Shown here: one piece after another, positions 60,307 through 64,000 of the stretch
Position numbering within the stretch: position 1 is the stretch's first letter
Layout: each line of letters starts with the position of its first letter
Source of the DNA: Blepharisma stoltei ATCC 30299
Lineage: Eukaryota; Protista; Ciliophora
DNA length: 64,000 nucleotides
Direction of reading: 5' to 3'
Assembly: GCA_965603825.1 (NCBI GenBank)
Contig: CBFDEM010000046.1
Span: forward strand, 186,001-250,000
Position numbers and translations under genes: made by a program
Notes under the pieces: model-generated
Told to the model about the DNA's origin: nothing
Seen by the model: the letters and a program-made list of their open reading frames with translations, nothing else
The model's database searches: none

Positions 60307-61569
60307 TTATTCAATACTTAATCCTTCAATCTTTTTCATCAGCATTTTAATTTTAGCTTCATATTTTTTCCTTTCTTCATGAAGCTTTTCTCCCATCGCA
60401 TTCCCAATTTCAATACATTTTTCTTTCCATTTTTTATCATTTTCTTCAATTTCTGCTTTATGGCTTTCTTCAAGCTTTATAACAATTTCTTCAAGTTCCT
60501 CATTTCTTTTCTTTGCTGCAACCATTTCTTTTATCGACCTTTCTAGCTCATCTTTGCAGCCACAGCATTCATCAGAGGTTTGAGTGCTGTGATTTTTGGT
60601 TTCTTTTGAAAAACGGAATGATCTATTAGTCAACGTGTTTGGAGAAGTCGAATGAATTGAGCTTGCAGAGCGGGGCTGAGGCAGTAAGGAATCTGAAACT
60701 CTTCTAGGCTGACGAGGGGTTATTCTTGAGTTGCTGGCTGATGGAGGGCGAGATCTTAAAATCCTTTCTTCAGAAGACATATGAAGCCTTGGAGCTGATG
60801 GCGGTCTTCTGTATTTTATACTAGTTGGAGCAATATTTTCATCTCTAACGTTGCTATTAACAGCTTCAGTTCTTGCACTTTGTGGAATTGAAGAATCTTG
60901 TCCAATTCTCATTACATTTATAAGAGCCCATTCATTTCCGGAATTTCTGATCCATTCAAGCTCACATTCAGAGACATTTCCATAGTTTATAGCTATATAG
61001 CTGCAAACTAATCTTGCTAAACTATCTACTTCTTTTCTATCATTTTCATTAATTTCGTTCGATGGTATTGAGAGTTTTCTTGGATTTGAATATTTTCCAT
61101 TTATCCGATATTCTTGATCATAAGGCTCAACTCTTATCTCAATGGATCCTTTATTAAAGTTTGTAATATATCTGAGGTTGTTTGCTGGAGGGATGAAATT
61201 TTGGATGAGGAAATTTTGGTTTTCTAAAGGCAAAGATTCATTTGTCATATGCATAATCAAGACATCAAAATGTGAGCAAAGCAATGCTTTGGCTTGAAAG
61301 TTAGAGGCTGCATCAACTGCTCTTTGAATAGCAATTACGCTATCATCTTTTTCATCCTCATTTTCAAAGAGTTTTATCAGTTTAGGGATTGTAGCGGACT
61401 CTGCTTTATGCTTCATCACGAAACCTTTCTACTTTAAATCTACCTTAGATGTGTAAAACCATTCCGAGATCTTGCCATCCTTGACTACAATTGTATCCTA
61501 CATAATCCTTACAGGTATTCGCATCTTCAGATGATTTTTTTCTTTCCATAGAAAAGAGAAGCTTGTCAT
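60307..61569 (-). CDS. Hypothetical protein with C-terminal coiled coil, 2 introns
   Basis: ATG 61569. Introns 61498-61512 and 61429-61443 join the short exons to ORF 60307-61419. Confidence 0.78.
61429..61443 (-). other. 15-nt intron GTAGATTTAAAGTAG
   Basis: Removes an in-frame TAG. Confidence 0.82.
61498..61512 (-). other. 15-nt intron GTAAGGATTATGTAG
   Basis: Removes an in-frame TAG. Confidence 0.82.
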
Positions 61570-61721
61570 TTAATTTATTTAAATTATGGAAACAATTCTT
61601 TCATTTCTTCAAAACCAATAATCAACAATAAAAAGCATTTCATCCAATTACCGCAAATTATAACTGTCCTTTTTCAAATGATAAATCTCTGAAATGAAAA
61701 CTGTTATTAGATCTAAACAGT

Positions 61722-62822
61722 ATGGAAGGAAGGACGCTAGAAGTAGATGGCTCTTTATTCGAAGGTGGAGGACAAATTGTAAGAGTTTCTCTCTGCTTAG
61801 CCATTATAAAAGGAATTCCAGTTACTATTAGAAATATTCGTGCAGGAAGGCCAAATCCAGGACTAGCCAGATCCCATCTTTCTTCTGTAGAGCTTCTCAG
61901 AGATATCTGCAACGGTGAGCTTCGAGGGGGTCATTTAAGCTCAACAGAACTTACTTTAATCCCAGGCCCGATTAGTGGAGGAGTTTATAGTGTTGACTGT
62001 CACTCAGCAGGGAGTATCAGTTTAATTTTTCAAGCAATTCTTCCAGTTCTATATAAAACAAATTCAGAGGTGACTATTAAGGTATTATCTATTTAGGGTG
62101 GCACCGACGTTTCTCACTCTCCACCAACTCATTTTATTGAAAATGTGCTTCAGCCTATTCTTGCCCGAATTGGGGTAAATTTCGATTATTCAGTAAAAAG
62201 ATTTGGGTTCTACCCAAGGGGTGGTGGGGAAGTTCTACTAAAAATTGAGCCATCAGAAAGTTTAGCAGGCATAGAAATAGTAGAAAGTGGAGGAAATCCA
62301 CGATATTTTGGCGAACTTTTATATTGCCGAAACAGAAAAAGACGAAAAGGAGATATTGGAGACGATGAATATTTGAATAGAATAACAAAGGCAGCAAGTA
62401 AAGTTTATATAGAAAATGAACTTGGCATTTCTGGAGGTAGAATCAACGTAAGAGAAGCTGATGGGCTGAGTAGGTGTGTAGTTAATAATTTTTGGGCTGT
62501 AACTGAAAATGGCAATATTTTGCATAATTCAGATATTGAAAGCTTTAACTCAAAACAAAATCCAAAACCGGAAGAAACAGTTAGCAAAATTGCAAGTGAA
62601 TTGGAAGATCAGGTTAATTCAGGGGCATGTGTAGACAATTATTTGCAGGACCAGCTTTTGATATTTTTGTCAATGGCAAAGAGTCCTTCTGTAATTAAAA
62701 TACACTCATTGACACAGCACTCTGTAGCTGTAATCAATTTAATCACACAAGTTGGGCTTGCTTCTATTAGTGTTGAAGGAAATATGATGAGAATTGAGCC
62801 ACAAAATGAATTATCAGCATAA
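61722..62822 (+). CDS. RTCA: RNA 3'-terminal phosphate cyclase, 1 intron
   Basis: EGGGQIVR, IRAGRPNPGL, GGTDV..SP, GFYPRGGG, LQDQLL. Intron at 62082-62096. Confidence 0.92.
62082..62096 (+). other. 15-nt intron GTATTATCTATTTAG (RTCA)
   Basis: Splicing gives the conserved TIKGGTDV. Confidence 0.93.
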
Positions 62823-63291
62823 TTTAAGGTTTTTATATATAAGATTTATGTCATAATTTATTTTATTTATCAAATGCCTACTTCTGTTATTTTTTTAAAA
62901 TAATTAAATAATATAGAAAAATAAAAGAAAAAGGTCACGCGAACAAAGGAATTTTCTATCATGCACGCTAAATAATAATATAGTTTTCAACACATATATA
63001 GTGCATAATCATTTTTATTACTATTTTTCAAATTATTTTACTGCTATCAAAAATTAAATTTGCTATATCGAATACAAAATTTAATTTATAAAAAAGTTAA
63101 AAGATTCATTGCTCAATTCTGATTTAGTATGTCTTAAAATCAATAAAATAAAGATATGAAACTATTCGTCAGCATTTATGAAAAATTCCTAATAAAAATG
63201 TTTTGCATTTCTATTCTCAATTATAATTAATCCCTGCATATTAAAAACAAATATATAGGATTCATCTTCTAAATAAAAGAATCTAAAACAA

Positions 63292-64000
63292 ATGGAAAAA
63301 TTCAGCTGAACCGATCAAAGGAATGTTATTTTAAAAGAACACCCTAACTCTGAATTAGATGTCAACGGGATAGGACCAATTCATATTGCAGGGATGTCTA
63401 GCAAAGATACAAATTGATCTGCATATGATGAAAACTCCAGAAATATTCAGGTCGGAAGACCAGCACATTTTTCAGAATTCCCTCCAAATGAAATCCGAAC
63501 ATCCAAATACACAATTTTCACTTGAATCCCTAAAAGTTTATTTATCCAATTCCGACGCATCTCAAATGTCTACTTTTTAATTATGTCAATCCTCGCTACT
63601 ATGCCTTTTTCCCCAAAAAATCCATTTTCAATTGGGATTACTTTTGCTGGTGTTCTTGTCTTTACAATGCTGAAAGAAGCCTATGAGGATTATTTCAGAC
63701 ATAAACAAGACAACATTGAAAATTCTAAAAAATTTGCGACTTTTAACAGAGAGATTGCTCAAGTAATAGAAACTGAATGTAGAAATATAAAGGTAGGAGA
63801 TATCGTAATTATTAAAGACGGAGAATTTTTCCCAGCAGACCTTCTGCTTGTTTCTTCTAGTAACCCAAATGGTAAAGCGTATGTAAACACAATGAATTTA
63901 GACGGTGAAACAAATTTAAAAGAAAAAAGTGCCCATGACACTACAAAAAGGCTAAATATGATAAGTGATTTACCAGATTTATTTTTAGATATCAATTGTG
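63292..64000 (+). CDS. P4-type ATPase (phospholipid flippase), 5' part; runs off the window
   Basis: NEIRTSKY..PKSLFIQFRRISNVYF, KEAYED, VGDIV, FPADL, NLDGETNLK; three TGA=W. Confidence 0.93.

Noticed and set aside
1-64000. TGA as selenocysteine or programmed readthrough
   Set aside because: TGA aligns with Trp, not Cys, and is exchanged with TGG between paralogs; no SECIS was recognised.
1-64000. Many antisense or shifted-frame ORFs in the track (e.g. 22242-22727, 36868-37428, 44253-44846, 49266-50510)
   Set aside because: They are shadows of well-supported genes and carry no motifs.
1-64000. tRNA, rRNA, telomeric repeats or autonomous transposase genes
   Set aside because: None was recognised by eye; a tRNAscan/Rfam/Pfam run would be needed to exclude them.

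Overview
This is eukaryotic, gene-dense, AT-rich DNA from a heterotrich ciliate, almost certainly Blepharisma and most likely the somatic (macronuclear) genome. Two observations support this and explain why the supplied ORF track is fragmented. First, in-frame TGA encodes Trp, while true stops are TAA/TAG. Second, nine introns are visible, all exactly 15 nt (GTA....A..YAG, with A at position 10). Re-read this way, the window holds about 40 protein genes. They include SEC11, two tandem purple acid phosphatases, an AMPK/SNF1-like kinase, a Rab, TRAPPC2, sestrin, two Alba proteins, a 2247-aa BEACH protein, a SHIPPO-repeat protein, a DHHC palmitoyltransferase, a Ctr copper transporter, an MFS transporter, HDAC11, an acyl-protein thioesterase, a ThiF/E1-like protein, CCT3, a DegT-type aminotransferase, a SMARCAL1-like helicase, a DYRK kinase, adenylate kinase, CHMP5, RTCA and a partial P4-ATPase. 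There are also decaying Kelch-like family copies. The most striking unexplained element is a 233-bp TIR element (39495-39727) flanked by an 8-bp TA-free target-site duplication; removing it restores a ubiquitin-like-fold gene colinear with its neighbouring paralog. Also notable are a stand-alone ThiF adenylation gene directly followed by a stand-alone SAE2/UBA2-type ubiquitin-fold-domain gene, and structured non-coding hairpins in 3' flanks. All family calls come from manual motif recognition; no searches were run.
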